Part shown: piece by piece, positions 11,105-24,525 of the stretch
Numbering within the stretch: the stretch's first letter is position 1
Layout: every line of letters starts with the position of its first letter
NCBI GenBank assembly: GCA_964016885.1
Contig: OZ024744.1
Span: 31,124,001-31,188,000, forward strand
Origin: Eledone cirrhosa
Lineage: Eukaryota
DNA length: 64,000 nucleotides
Reading direction: 5' to 3'
Notes under the pieces: generated by a model
The model's input: the letters and a program-made list of their open reading frames with translations, nothing else
What the model was told of the DNA's origin: nothing
Databases searched by the model: none
Made by a program: the position numbers and the translations under genes

Positions 11105-14066
11105 AGATGAAAAAACAAAGGGCTAAAGTCACCACTCACTTATGTGGAGTGAAGATGAAAAAACAAAGGAATTCCCACAAGAAATCTACTTGGCAAGAGA
11201 ACATCAATCGCCAAATAAACCTTCTCCGATCTGACATACAATTTTTAACAAACTATAAAGTAGGTGAACATGTTAAACAAACTAAACTTAGAAAATTGAA
11301 AAAAAAGTACAGTATGAAATCAACAAGTGACATAGACATGCTGATAGAAATAATCAAGCAAAAAGTGTCGGCCAAAGCTGCTCGTATAAGGCGCTTTGAA
11401 AAACGATCTAGATTCTATAAGGACAATAATATGTTCAAAAACAACCAAAGAAACTTCTACAGAAAAATTGGTAAGTCAACAATAGCTGCTAAATCAATAC
11501 TACCCAAGGAGGAAGTGCAAGAATTCTGGGAAAAGATCTGGGCCGAAGAAAAAGTTCATAACATACATGCCCCATGGATAGACAGACAAATGAAAGATAC
11601 AGCTCACCCTGAGGAACAAATATGGGAAAATATAACAGTTGAACAGTTGCGCTTGGCTCTAAGAAAAACCAGCAAATGGAAATCCCCAGGAAAAGACAAA
11701 ATACAAAACTTTTGGATAAATGCCTTCACAGAGTCTCATGAGCTGTTAGGCCAACTTTACAATGAAATAGTTAAGGAGCCAGAAAAGATACCATCATGGC
11801 TAGTTAACGGCATTACATTCCTGCTTCCGAAGAATGATGAGACAAACAATCCCAAAAATTACAGACTGATAACTTGCTTGACCACAATGTATAACATTTT
11901 AACATCAGTCCTAACTGAATATACATATGACCACCTGATAACAAATGACCTATTTCCCATTGAGCAGAAAAGGTGTAAACGAGGCTCATATGGCTGTAAG
12001 GATCAGCTTTTGGTTAACAAAATGATACTGGAAGATTGTCATAATAGACACAAAAATCTATCGATTGCTTGGATAGATTATAAAAAAGCATTCGATAGCT
12101 TGCCACACAGTTGGATTGAAAAATGTTTAGAGATTTTCAAAATATCCCCCGTTGTCAGGAGGTTTTTGTCATTCAGTATGAAGACATGGAAAACGACACT
12201 CCTTTTGAATAGTGAAACAAAATCACTGGAAGCTGGAGAAGTTAATATTAATTGTGGAATTTTTCAGGGTGACTCTTTATCACCGCTTTTACTCTGCATC
12301 GCACTTATACCATTAAGTAAAATGCTCAATGAAACAAAACATTGATATAAAGTCTATGACAAAACCATTAATCACTTGTTCTACATGGATGACCTGAAAC
12401 TATTTGCAAAAAATGGTGAACAATTGCAAGGGCTATTATCCACTGTGGAGCAGTTCAGTGATGACATTAAAATGGAGTTTGGACTAGATAAATGCGCCAA
12501 AGCAACGTTCACCAGAGGAAAGCTGCTGAAGAGTTCAGACATTAATCTTGATCGGGGGAACGTAATAAGAGAACTTGATCAAGAAAAAACTTACAAATAT
12601 CTAGGTGTTTGTGAAGGAGACGGAATCAAGCACTCAACAAGGAGGGAAAGGATTAGGAAGGAATGTTACCGCAGAGTCAGAGCAATCTTAAGAACGGAAT
12701 TGAATGCAAGGAATAGGATCGATGCCATAAACACCCTTGCCATACCAGTAGTAACCTACAGTTACAATGTCATCAACTGATCAAGCACAGAGATCCGTAG
12801 GCTCGATACAAAAATTCGAAAATTCTTAACCATGCACAGAATGCATCACCCTAAGGCAGATATAGATAGAATATATCTCCCTAGGAAAGAAGGAGGACGT
12901 GGGTTAATCCAGTTAGACATTGCGTTGAAAACTGCAACAATTGGATTATCTACATATCTAAGGGAATCACATGATTGGATGATCAAACTCGTTTTGAAAC
13001 ACGAAAGCATCAAAAGATCATATTCCATTACAAAAGATGCACAAAGATATAGTAATGGACTACAAATTTCAGAAGTCCCATTTACTGCTGAAATGGAAAA
13101 CACCGAAAAAGCAAAGCAGGTAAAAGTAACTGCAAAGAAAGAACTGCTACAGAAACTGGCTAAGAAATGGCAAGAAAAGCCTCTGTATGGAAAATACCCA
13201 GAATGAGCTAACAATCCTGATGTTGACAAAACTTTAACCCATCAGTGGTTGGCATCCTCTGGACTGAAATCGGAGACTGAAGGACTGATTATATCAGCAC
13301 AAGATCAGTGTCTGCCAACAAAAAATTACGAAGCCAACATAATAAAAAATGGATGCAGCCCATTATGCCGTGTCTGTAAAAAACAACCAGAGACCATTGA
13401 CCATATAATTTCAATGTGCAGTCCTATAGCTCCAACCGAATACCTAAACAGGCATGACAGAGCTGCACAATACATACATTGGATAATGTGTAAGCATTTT
13501 GACCTGCCCCATCAAAAGAATTGGTGGGAGCATCAACCACCTCCCATACTTGAAAAAGATCACATCTCAATCTTGTGGAACTTTAGCATCCAAACAGACC
13601 GAAAAATAGATGCAATTAGACCTGATATAATATTGAAGGACTTTCAAAGGAGGGTATGCCTGCTAATTGATATGTCTGTTCCAATAGACAAGAATGTATC
13701 TATAAAAACATTTGAAAAATTGAGCAAGTATAAGGACCTGGAGATAGAAATTGGAAAAATGTGGAAATTGAGAACTAAAACAATACCAGTGGTTGTAGGC
13801 GCTCTGGGAATGATACCTAAGGGGTCTAATGATTACTTATAGCAAATCCCAGGAAACCCGCGTATAGGAGAAATACAAAAGATAGTACTAATGGGAACTG
13901 CCCAAGGAATATTCTGTCAATATAAGTACATCACAAGTCTAAACACTAAAGATGCATGTGTGAGTATGTATGTTCTTTCTTGAACATGGCGGACCTTGTT
14001 GTCTCTTGAGGTCACTGGTTGTGACTTGGTGATAACTCGTATGAACATAAAGCAAGATAAATGCAA
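11104..14066 (+). mobile_element. R4/Dong-type RLE LINE family A, longer 5'-truncated copy with in-frame stops
   Basis: Same-frame ORF pieces 11068..12345, 12376..12780, 12832..13206 and 13249..13842 carry KSPGKD, DYKKAFDS, GIFQGDSLSP, YMDD, LYLPR-type and RLE motifs. 12902..14066 is near-identical to 9901..11073. Followed by (AAT)n at 14070-14091. Confidence 0.95.
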
Positions 14067-14091
14067 CTGTAATAATAATAATAATAATAAT

Positions 14092-14309
14092 GGTTTCTTA
14101 TATAGGCACAAGGCCAGTAATTTATTTTTTTTGAGGGGGGGGGGGGGGGCTCGATTAAATCGACCCAGCGCGTGACTGGTACTTTATTTTATCGACCCCG
14201 TAAGGATGAAAGGCAAAGTTAACCTAGGCGGGATTTGAGCTCAGATCATACAGGGAGGTAACTCTATGCTGCGAAGCATGGCGTCCGACCCTCTACAGAT
14301 ACTGCCAAT
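14092..14309 (-). mobile_element. tRNA-derived SINE
   Basis: Reverse complement of the SINE at 60255 (A-box-like TGGCAGTATC, degenerate B-box GAGCTCAAATCC, core CCTTTCATCCTTACGGGGTCGATAAAATAAAGTACCAG). Flanked by AAT repeats. A 3' fragment follows at about 14328-14389. Confidence 0.88.
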
Positions 14310-14531
14310 AATAACAATAATAATAAGGTTTCTACTTTTGGCACAAGGCCAGCAATTAACTCAGTGCATTACTGGTACTTCATTTTATCAGCCCACAAAC
14401 TTATATTTGTCTCGCTACTATATTATAGGGCATAACATACAGAAATTGTGAAGACAAACACATGCAAACACAGAAATGTATATAGGAATACATACATATG
14501 TATGTATATATGTATATATATGTATGTATAT

Positions 14532-14820
14532 GTCATCTTGGTTAAGAGAGTGGGACTGGCTTTGTGCAGTGCCTTTGCTCACTATAAAAGCTTCACGGCA
14601 CAGGCATTGCTTTATATCTAGAGATCTCTCCGCACTTGTCATCACATGGTACCATGGGCCTACCACTATGTGTCAGTAATTGTCACAAGTGTAGTGTTTG
14701 TACCAGAGTTTTCAAGTCGCTGGCTGGACTAAAAAGTCACACTTGTTTAGCGCATCGGTAGGGGTTCTCCTACATGGATATAAAGTAGTGGCCGTACTCG
14801 AAAACGAGTTGGCAGCCACC
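14532..14820 (+). mobile_element. RTE-derived 3' fragment (C2H2 finger remnant, 3' stem-loop, (TATG)n tail)
   Basis: Encodes HKCSVCTRVFKSLAGLKSHTCLAHR*. Ends with TGGCCGTACTCG-AAAA-CGAGTTGGCAGCCA. Inverted paralogue at 27419..27709. Confidence 0.75.
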
Positions 14821-14844
14821 ATGTATATGTTTGTATATGTATGA

Positions 14845-17800
14845 ATGTTCTTCTGGTTTTATAATTTCACAAAGTTTTACCAATAGAGAGAGAGTCGATT
14901 TCTAACATAATTTACACATCAACTAGGTAGATTATGTATGCATGTGTAGAGATGGATGTTATTGTATGTGTGGATGTGGATGTTTTGAGTTGTATGAGTG
15001 CATGTGTATATGCTGTGTGTCTGTACATGTGTATATGCAGTTATTAGATGCAACATTTTTGGAATGTTTTACATATTTTTTACTGTTCCATTAATGGATT
15101 GTACTTGTAATTTCCTAACTAGTTGTGTTCTTTCTGTTCCTGTGAAGCCTAGCTTCTCAAGATTTGTATTGAGGCAGTTACTAACATACCCCAGTGCCCC
15201 AATAATCACAGGCATAAATCTTAAGGTGTAATCAGGATGGAGTATCTGCAGATTTCGCATCAGTTCTGCATAAATATTCTCCTTTTCACTAATCTTTGAT
15301 ATTATATTGGCATCTGCTGGGCAGCTAATTTCCACTACTGTGCATGCTTTCTTCTCCTTGTGCCATATCATAATATCTGGTGTGTTATGCCTGCATTTTA
15401 TTGGGGTTTTTACTGGAACATTCCACCAGTACCCTTTCATATTATGTGTATGGATGTCTTCCACATTGCTGTAGCTTTTAATGTGTTTATTATCGGGGCT
15501 ATCTTTTTTACGAACTGCGTTGTAGTGTTTTGGCCACTGCATCATGCCTCATAGGTAGATAGTACTGCGATGACATTTCTGGACAGCTGCTGATGACATG
15601 GGTGATATCCTCGATGTTAGTTCTGCAGAATGTGCACTTGTTATCACATCTAGGTGTTTTGCCTGCATCCCTATCTCTTTTGTGAATCAGGTATTTCGTG
15701 TTAATCTCCTGTTCTTGGATTGCAAAAGCGTCTCCTTCAAAGTGAGAGCCAATATAGCGGTTGTTGGTCCAAGATAGACTACTTTCCTTATCTATATTAC
15801 TCTCACTCTGGAGCTTCCTGGTAAGATATCCATGCAAGATTTTTTGCTGATAAGCATGCAGTTTTTCATCCATGGATTCACTGCGATACTACTGAGCGAT
15901 TTCCCTGGGTGTGAGTTTTTGATTATCACACAGGAAACATCTCTCGAGTAGTTCCTTCCCAACTCTCATGATCTTATCTGTTTCATGCAGATAGACTTGC
16001 TCGAGAAGCGGGCTCCTACTTTTCGAGATTCGTAGATGTTGTCGGAGAGATATGATGCGATATTCAAATGCTGTCTGGACTGATGTGAGGCATCTGCCTC
16101 CCTGCTTACGTTTCAAGTAAAGGCGGTCGCTGTCACTGTTGATGTGGAAGTTTCCGGTGTTGTTTAGTATTCTTCGAGTTCCAACATCAACTGCTCGGAT
16201 TTCGTCTATCGTCCAATTGAGTATTCCAAACGTTGGTGTTAGGACAGGCACAGCAAACATATTGTGAGCCACTGTTTTGTTTTGCGCAGAGAGTTCCGAT
16301 AAACAAGATCTTTCTTAATCGGGTGTAGTATTCCCTGGTTAAGCGTTCTTTATTACAGATACCATTATAGGATATGTTCTCATCTATCCCCAGGTATCTG
16401 TAGCAGTACTCATCAGATACCGGTGCAACAGTTAGACCATTGATGACAATGTTGCTAGATTGGGTTGTTGTTTTTCCCCGCTTTACAGTCATGTATGAGT
16501 ATTTATCTTGGCCAAACTCCATTCCTATATCCTTTGAGAACGTTGTAACCAGGTCAAGATTTTTCTTCATTCCATCTATGTTGTTGGCATAGAGTTTCAG
16601 ATCGTCCACAAAGAAGTTATGGGTTAGGTTCGTATTTCTGTCCTACTGTGAGCCAATGATGTATCCCTCACATTTCTTGATCAGAAAGGACAAGGGGTTT
16701 AATGACAAGATGAATAATATCACAGAGAGACTGTCCCCCTGAAATATACCCCTGCAATATTTTATTTTATCAGTGAAAATAGAGTCCTCCCTCTCTGTCT
16801 TTAACTTTAGGATAGTAGCCCAAGAAGAAGACAGCCTCTCTATGGCTCTGACAATAATGTCTGGGACTTTAGCAAGTTGGAGGGCCTCTATCATCCAAGA
16901 GTGGGGAACAGAATCGAAAGCTTTCTTGTAGTCCAGCCAGACTGTAGCCATATTCCTCCTAAGTTGTCGCACCTCCGACATCGTAGTTTTGTTGATTAGG
17001 AGCTGTTCAGCACATCCCCAAACCCCTTTCTTTCCAGCTGCTTTTTCATCTGTGATGTTGTTATTATTTTCACAGTGATCTTGGAGAAATAGGTTTAGGC
17101 AGGCTGTATACATCTTATACATCAGGTTCTGGCATGCAATGTGTCGGTAGTTTTTTGCCAAGTGGGTGTCTTTGTTCTTGGGGACCAGTAATGTTTGTGC
17201 TAATGTCAACCATTCTGGTATAAGTGTATCTCCCTTAAGAACTTGTTGGTAGATGTCGATAAGATACCTCCGATAGAATATCAGTTTTTTGTACCAGTAG
17301 CCGACAATCATATCTCTTCCTGGTGTTTTCTTATCTTGGAGTTTTCCTATCACAGTCTCAAGGGTACCCTCACTTATTTCGTATGTTTTTGTTGTAGTGT
17401 AGGAGCAATAGTTCTTTCGGATTTCTCTTAGCCACACTGCATCTTGGTTGAATTTCTTCTTTTCACCCTATACTTTTCTCCAAAAGGAATCTATGTCTTT
17501 CTGGGATGTGGCCTCAGTGACACTTATTATTTTGTTCTTCATATCTCTATAGACTGATGTTTGGTTTCGTCTGAATCTTTTATTAAGCACTTTTCTCTCA
17601 TCTGCCTTCAGGTATCGGCGTTTTTCGCTAACAGCTCTCAATTCTTGTTTGAGGGTGATCAGCTTATATTGAAGAGTTCTAGTTCTACTGGTACCAAACA
17701 TCGTCTCTATTTTATTTTTCACTCTTTGTCGGTGAGGAGTGAGGTTTTGTTGTGTTTGTTTGCATGTAAGGAGCATTATCACATGTCCTATGGTTCTTCG

Positions 17801-18923
17801 TAGGTCAGTAATCTTTTTTTTCTATTTTAGTTATATATGATGGTATTTTTTGTGGTGTTCTGTTCTTGTTAATATCTCTGCTATCACCAAGATAATGGTT
17901 CACTATCGTTACTAAGGCATATAAACAGGCATTGATCTGCCAAAATGTTGGGGTTTTTATCTGTCGTAAATATGCATCCCCTATTTCGTCAATAACACGT
18001 AATATTTCATTATTTGTTTTTTTTTTATTATTAAACAATATCGTTTTAATACGTTCAGTAAGAGAGAAATTTATACATGAATTAATATCTCTCTGGAAGA
18101 TTTCGTTGAGGGAAATTTTCAATTGTTTATACTTTTGATTATTATCATTATCGATAGTATTTTCCACAACAGTCGAGGTAGACTCGGATGGTACACGTGG
18201 TGTCAAATTTCTTCGATTATTATTATTATCAATAGTGTTTTCCCCAGCATTCGAGGTAGACTTAGATGGTACAGGTGGTGTCAAGTTTCTTACGGGCATA
18301 GTTGTTTCAAGGCGCTGTTCGACCTGGCTGCTAGAAAGTCTAGTAGCATGGCGACCTGTAGTACGTGTTGTTGATAACAGGTTTGTTGTGGGGGACTTAC
18401 AATTAATACTATTTATCTTATTTTTACGTTCAACAAACGTCGCTTGTTGGCGTAGTTGTTTCGCTGTGAAATAATTTAGCTCTGGGTGAATTTCGTCCCA
18501 GTGTAGCTTCATTCTGTTCATATAGCCAATGGAGGGATTGTTTTTGGCCATTTTATAACAATTAAATAAATCATTATTAATTTTGCAAATCCAAGAGAAA
18601 TGCGATTTATAATTTCGGTCTCTTCTTTAGCTACAACTGAATAAACTTTGTTTACCTTTCTTGTTGTTTGTCTTCGATAGTTCCTTAGTTTTGTTGTTGA
18701 TGTTGTGTTCAGCCATGCTGTTTGTAGCAAATACTTGTAAAATGAATTATGTATTTAGTCGGATATCTCTACGAATTCGAATAAAAGATGTCTTCAGAAG
18801 GGATAGTTAGAAGAATAACCAGTTATTCAACCTGGCTGTAGTTGTGGCATTACTGTCGGAGATAATATTCATCTTAAATTTAATAAATAGTCTCCCACGC
18901 CAAACTATGCGACTGATTGCATT
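14845..18923 (-). mobile_element. R4/Dong-type RLE LINE family B, near full length, decayed
   Basis: ORF pieces run from 18730 to 15069: N-terminal GYMNRMKLHW motif, RT (DYKKAFDSVPH, GIFQGDSLS, FVDD), CCHC (CTFC..EDITHVISSC), RHD, RLE (PDIMIW..VVEISCP). Both ends lie in TATG/CATA repeats. Confidence 0.93.
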
Positions 18924-19060
18924 GTATGTATGCATGTATGTATGTATGTATGTATGTATGTATGTATGTATGTATGTATGTATGTATGTATGTATGTATG
19001 TATGTATGTATGTATGTATGTATGTATGTATGTATGTATGAATTGTATGTATGTATATGT
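18924..19060. repeat. (TATG)n microsatellite
   Basis: Direct reading. Confidence 0.98.
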
Positions 19061-19207
19061 ATGCATGCATGCAATTAAGATGTAATTCATGCATTTGTTG
19101 CTGCTATGGGAATGGTACCCTCAGATGAAATTCGATTTTGTGATATGCTGCCGACAGGAAAAAGACACACGTCATTCTGCCCGTGCGTCCAGCAGACCTA
19201 TTATTAT

Positions 19208-19260
<53 letters not shown>

Positions 19261-19264
<4 letters not shown>

Positions 19265-20334
19265 CCCTCCGCCTCCGTGGTATTTTCTTCGTGGTTATAA
19301 GAGGCTTAGCTCTGTTCCTCGACCGTTATATCGCGTGACTATCTCCCCCTCCGCCTTTTGGGATTCTTTCTCACGTCGTGTAGACGCGTTCTTGAGACTA
19401 GTAAAATGAGGTATCCTCTTGATAAGTCAGCAGACCTCGCAAGGACTCTATATCTTTGATATATTGTTTTTGTTTATGCCACGAAACTACGTAGTCGAGG
19501 AATTTAGGAACAGTTTAGGTATGATACATTTTATTACTAATTATATCTAAATGTTTCTTCTCTCTTCATAATGTATTTTTAACTCTGATACTGGTTCAGT
19601 CTAGTTCAAACTGAATTGGTCTGTCCCAGTCATTCATTGAGCAACATCGGTGAAGTTGGCACCCTTAACTCACAGTTGGGTGCGGATGCATTCATGTATA
19701 TATGTGTGTGTCCGCATGTATCTGTGTGTTTCTAAATATATTAATAACTCCCTCTGGTCGAGCAATCTTTGAAGTGTGGGGACAACTGGAAAGCTTCCAT
19801 TACTCATACTTCTCGCCTTCTTCACTACCTCTTCTGCGGCCTCGATATGAATACCCCCTCCGCCTCCGTGGTATTTTCTTCGTGGTTATAAGAGGCTTAG
19901 CTCTGTTTCTCGACCGTTATATCGCGTGACTATCTCCCCCTCCGCCTTTTGGGATTCTTTCTCACGTCGTGTAGACGCGTTCTTGAGACTAGTAAAATGA
20001 GGTATCCTCTTGATAAGTCGGCAGACCTCGCAAGGACTCTATATCTTTGATATATTGTTTTTGTTTATGCCACGAAACTACGTAGTCGAGGAATTTAGGA
20101 ACAGTTTAGGTATGATACATTTTATTACTAATTATATCTAAATGTTTCTTCTCTCTTCATAATGTATTTTTAACTCTGATACTGGTTCAGTCTAGTTCAA
20201 ACTGAATTGGTCTGTCCCAGTCATTCATTGAGCAACATCGGTGAAGTTGGCACCCTTAACTCACAGTTGGGTGCGGATGCACTCATGTATATATGTGTGT
20301 GTCCGCATGTATCTGTGTGTTTCTAAATATATAT
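19261..20334 (+). mobile_element. Partial tandem repeat (period 591 bp), each unit carrying a degenerate hammerhead; Penelope pLTR- or retrozyme-like
   Basis: 19261..19743 recurs almost exactly at 19852..20334. (TA)n lies on both sides. Hammerhead-like motifs at 19414..19501 and 20005..20092. Confidence 0.75.
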
Positions 20335-20867
20335 ATATTGTGTGCGTGCGTGGATGTGTGTGAATGTGGATGTGTATGCGAAAAATAAACGGAAAACTAC
20401 ACAGCAAATGATATAGTACAATGAAGGTATATAATCTTTCCGTATATATATATATATATATTGACATGTACAGCGATGATTGACATGTTGGAGCGAACAC
20501 CTTAATTCTATTGCTTGTTCTGGCCGAGCCAGCCTACTGGTCTGTATGCAAATGGGTCAAATCAGCCCATACACATAAGCTTTACGCCGATTTGCAACAA
20601 GCGAGGCAAAAGTGTGTGTAACCTTGCCAGATAAACCAGTTCTCGATAGGTTGCGCCTTTAAAAATCTATCGCTAAAAACTTTCAAATGTTTATTCATAA
20701 ACATATCATATATTGTTCGATATACAAGCTTTGTATTTATGGTCCCGTAACTCCTGATAGAGTGGTAGGGGTGTTGTCTTGGCATATGGCTTGAGTACAG
20801 CAGAATTCCAATTTTCCAGAGAAAAATAGAAAGTGAGAGAGTGGAAAATGAGAAAGAGATGTAGAGG

Positions 20868-21026
20868 AATAATCGACTCCAGTACTAGACTGGTACTTTT
20901 TTATCGACCTCGAAAGGGTGAAAGGCAAAGTTGACCTCGGCGGGATATGTATTCAGAGAGCAGAGGGCTGGAACGAAAACCATGAAGCATTCTATCTGAC
21001 GTTCTAACGACTGTCATTTTGACGCC
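20868..21026 (-). mobile_element. Diverged tRNA-derived SINE
   Basis: Shares the core CTGGTACTTTTTTATCGACCTCGAAAGGGTGAAAGGCAAAGTTGACCTCGGCGGGAT with the other SINE copies. Confidence 0.75.
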
Positions 21027-21289
21027 TTCTACAAACTTTACATACTTATGAAAAAAAGTTACTTGATGTTTTTTTCTTTAATATTAAACCAACATATTAT
21101 TTGAAACATGTTCGTATTGAAAAATGTCTTATATATGTTTTCATAAATGTTATACATACCTTACATTTATACTTCTGTGTATATGTATATTTATTATATT
21201 TTTTACTCTTTTAATTATTTACCTGTTCCAGACAACGGAATGTGGCCATACTGGCGTACTACAATTATTGGTATATTTTCTGCAGCCCC

Positions 21290-21560
21290 ACTTCTTTGGT
21301 GGAATAAGGGAGTGTGACAATACTGCCCTCTTGTGTATTTCTTGCTTGGTGTAGACTCGGTTAGGATCTTGGTCAGTAGGATGTCCAACTTCTTGAAACC
21401 ATATATCTCCACTCCAAGTAGATCTTTGTTATTTTGGCAACATATTAAAGAGCTGCACGCTCTTTTACCCCAAACTATTGAAGTATCTGGTCCTTACTTA
21501 AGATGGAAGGCTGGAACATTTCACAGTAGGAAGAGCAGTCCTGAAGGGAAGTTGGTGTAA
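21290..21560 (-). mobile_element. Highly decayed 3' end of a CR1-group LINE
   Basis: Minus-strand FNSL..FKKLDILLTKIL-like remnant resembles the C-terminus of the LINE at about 35050-35210. Confidence 0.45.
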
Positions 21561-21904
21561 CCCTCATTTTAAGAGGATTGAGATAAACACTTACAACTTT
21601 GCATACTCTGGCTTTCGCATTCACGAGCGAATTCGTGATAATCATTATCGCACATTAATGAATTGTCAACTGACTAGTAATTGTCATTAAATGATGGTTA
21701 GGAAATCCCATGCTTTTATTACCATTAATTTTCTTGGTCGATCATTACCTATGGGAAATTAATTCATAATACCTTGAAATTGTCTCTCTTTTATTTGAGA
21801 TTGTTAACAATTGCCACTAGGTATTTGTTTTCCTTGTCCTCTTCTCTAACTGCAGGACTACTTTATATTCTTTAAGACAGTTTTTGCATATCACCACATA
21901 CCTG

Positions 21905-21952
21905 AACCAAACACACACACGCATATATATACACACACACATACACACACGC

Positions 21953-22019
<67 letters not shown>

Positions 22020-22067
22020 TGTGTGTGTGTGTGTGTGTGTTTGTGTGTTTGTGTGTGTGTGTATATA

Positions 22068-22099
<32 letters not shown>

Positions 22100-22100
22100 C
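21905..22100. repeat. Compound (CA)/(TA)/(TG)n microsatellite
   Basis: Direct reading. Confidence 0.97.
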
Positions 22101-22521
22101 ATTTTTTTTTTTTAAGTAAAAGAATGACCTCACAAAATTTTTTAATAATATTATGGGTTGGTAGATCCAGTAAGTTCTTTGTTAACTTTGGTGGGAAGAA
22201 TTTTAGAGATTCCTGGTTAACTTGGGTTGGAGAACTTTCTCGCATTTGTCTTTAAATTTAACTAGCGTCTAAATATAACGATCTTTTTTCAGCCTTACGT
22301 TTCACCTCATTTACATATTCATTCTAAAGATTTGAATTTTTTCTTCCACTATCCAAATTGAATCTGAACCGATAAGGTCTGGTTTCTTGGGTATGTCACC
22401 ATTTATAAAACACACTTTGTATTTTATTTGATGAGAGCGTACGAAAATGATGGTACCCTTGAAATATATATAATAAAATAAATATGGTTTTATAAATATA
22501 GTTTCCATTTATTAATATCAT

Positions 22522-22586
<65 letters not shown>

Positions 22587-22844
22587 CTTTCACCACTCGC
22601 TTTCTACTTATTGTCCCACTCGTGTGTTATTTTTATTTGATTTTTATTTTTTTCCCTTCATTTTAATGTTTTTCAACCACTACCCCTTCACACCCTCTCG
22701 AAACTCCTCGCCTTCGCACATTTCTCCCGATGAAGGGCTTATGACCGAAACTCGTCCCCCACCCCTCACTCTCAAGCGTTAACCTAATACCCAGCACCTT
22801 TCGTAACTGTACTTCTTGCTGTCCTTTAATTTTCCAATATATAT

Positions 22845-23308
22845 ATATAATAACTGTGATCTGAGTTTTTCGAATATTAATAATAATATTCGATTCGTTT
22901 GCAATTATGCAAACAAGCCTCGTTTTTAAAGCCATGCCAGTAGAATGAACCCTTCATTCTTCATCTTGTGTTGGCATGCCAATATGCAGATCTGACTGAT
23001 CAGCCAATCTGCTAATATGCAAATCAGGCCGATCAGTCACTTTATATTTTAGAAAATAGCATATATTTTCACTAGCTCTGACAGTTGGCAGGTGAACAGT
23101 GAGCTGTACTGATGGAGGGTAATACCCAGAAACATTAGTGACTGCAGTTCTGTTTACATGCCAACACACGAGCAAGAATGAAGGCTTCATTCTACTGACA
23201 TGGCTTTAAAAATGAGGGTTGTTTGCATAATTGTAAACGAATCGAATGTTATTATTAATATTCGAAAAATTCAGACTACAATTATTGTATTCAGCCATGG
23301 AGAGCGAA

Positions 23309-23310
<2 letters not shown>
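22845..23310 (+). mobile_element. Hammerhead-bearing non-coding repeat with inverted terminal segments of about 110-130 bp
   Basis: 22853..22960 is an inverted copy of about 23174..23282. Hammerhead at 23101..23150. Same family as 63350..63915. Flanked by TA runs. Confidence 0.75.
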
Positions 23311-23381
<71 letters not shown>

Positions 23382-24284
23382 ATTAAGAATATTTTCGAAA
23401 CAGCGAGTGGGTTTGAAATTATTAGAAATGTAAGCTATCGCCGTATTTTGACTAAAGAAATTAAAGAAATTATTTAGCCTGATAGTGGGGTTATATATAT
23501 ATATATGAAAAAGAAGGAACAGAATGACTTCACTTGTAGTTCTAAACAATTTGATTTAATTTCATAATATTATAATATTATGAGTTGGTAGATCTAGTTC
23601 TTTGTTAACTTCCTTTTGAAGATTTTTAAGATTGCTGGTTAAATTTCCTGGAGAACTTTCTCGAATTCGTCGGTGGCGATTGTTAAACTGAGATCAGGTT
23701 GTGTTGTGATGTGTGACTATATATAAGAGAGATTTGGATGTGTCTGGAACTGTGGTGCGGTGTTAATGAATGAATGTGCGAGTGAAGGAGTGTTGATGAA
23801 GATTTAAAGGAATTAGAGCATACACACGCACACACACACATACACAGACACACACTTATACATATATACACAGAAAATGGGGAATGTTGACAGAAAGAAG
23901 ATAATGGGATGGGAGTGTTTAAGAAAGGAGCTGTAAAAGTCCCCCCCCCCCCTGCTGGTTCCATTTCAATAAATGACCTAAAATGGCAGGATGTTTTTCA
24001 AATTCGTTTCTTATAGCGGATTCAACTCTCTTAAATTCATAAAGAATACCTTCAACAATTTAAAGATGAATTTAGAAGCATGTCTGGTGGTGGTGGGGTT
24101 AATGAGGTGTAAGGTACATGTCTCTTGATGAGAATGGGATGACAGAAAAGAGAAGAATAAGGATAGTTTGGGAATATTTGTCAGAAATGTATGTTGTTGA
24201 GACTGGTTTGAGAGGGGAAGTGTTGAGAGACATGCTGGCCCACATATTCACTTCCCTATATGTAAATGAACTTACAGCCCATAT

Positions 24285-24314
24285 CTATTATATACATATA
24301 TACATATGTATGCA

Positions 24315-24401
<87 letters not shown>

Positions 24402-24404
24402 GTA

Positions 24405-24473
<69 letters not shown>

Positions 24474-24525
24474 GTATATATGTATATATATATGTATATA
24501 TACAAGTTAATATATATTAATATAT
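24285..24525. repeat. (TA)n-rich microsatellite
   Basis: Direct reading. Further TA runs at 19211-19262, 22524-22584, 23315-23379, 32107-32191, 32783-32826, 52305-52381, 52593-52684, 53485-53526, 54412-54455 and 63185-63292. Confidence 0.97.

Noticed and set aside
18760-18923. Ribozyme at the 5' end of Dong B
   Set aside because: Hairpins are present, but I could not build an HDV-like or hammerhead fold.
22727-22756. Hammerhead-like CCGATGA..GAAACTCGTC
   Set aside because: The core is mutated and stem I does not pair.
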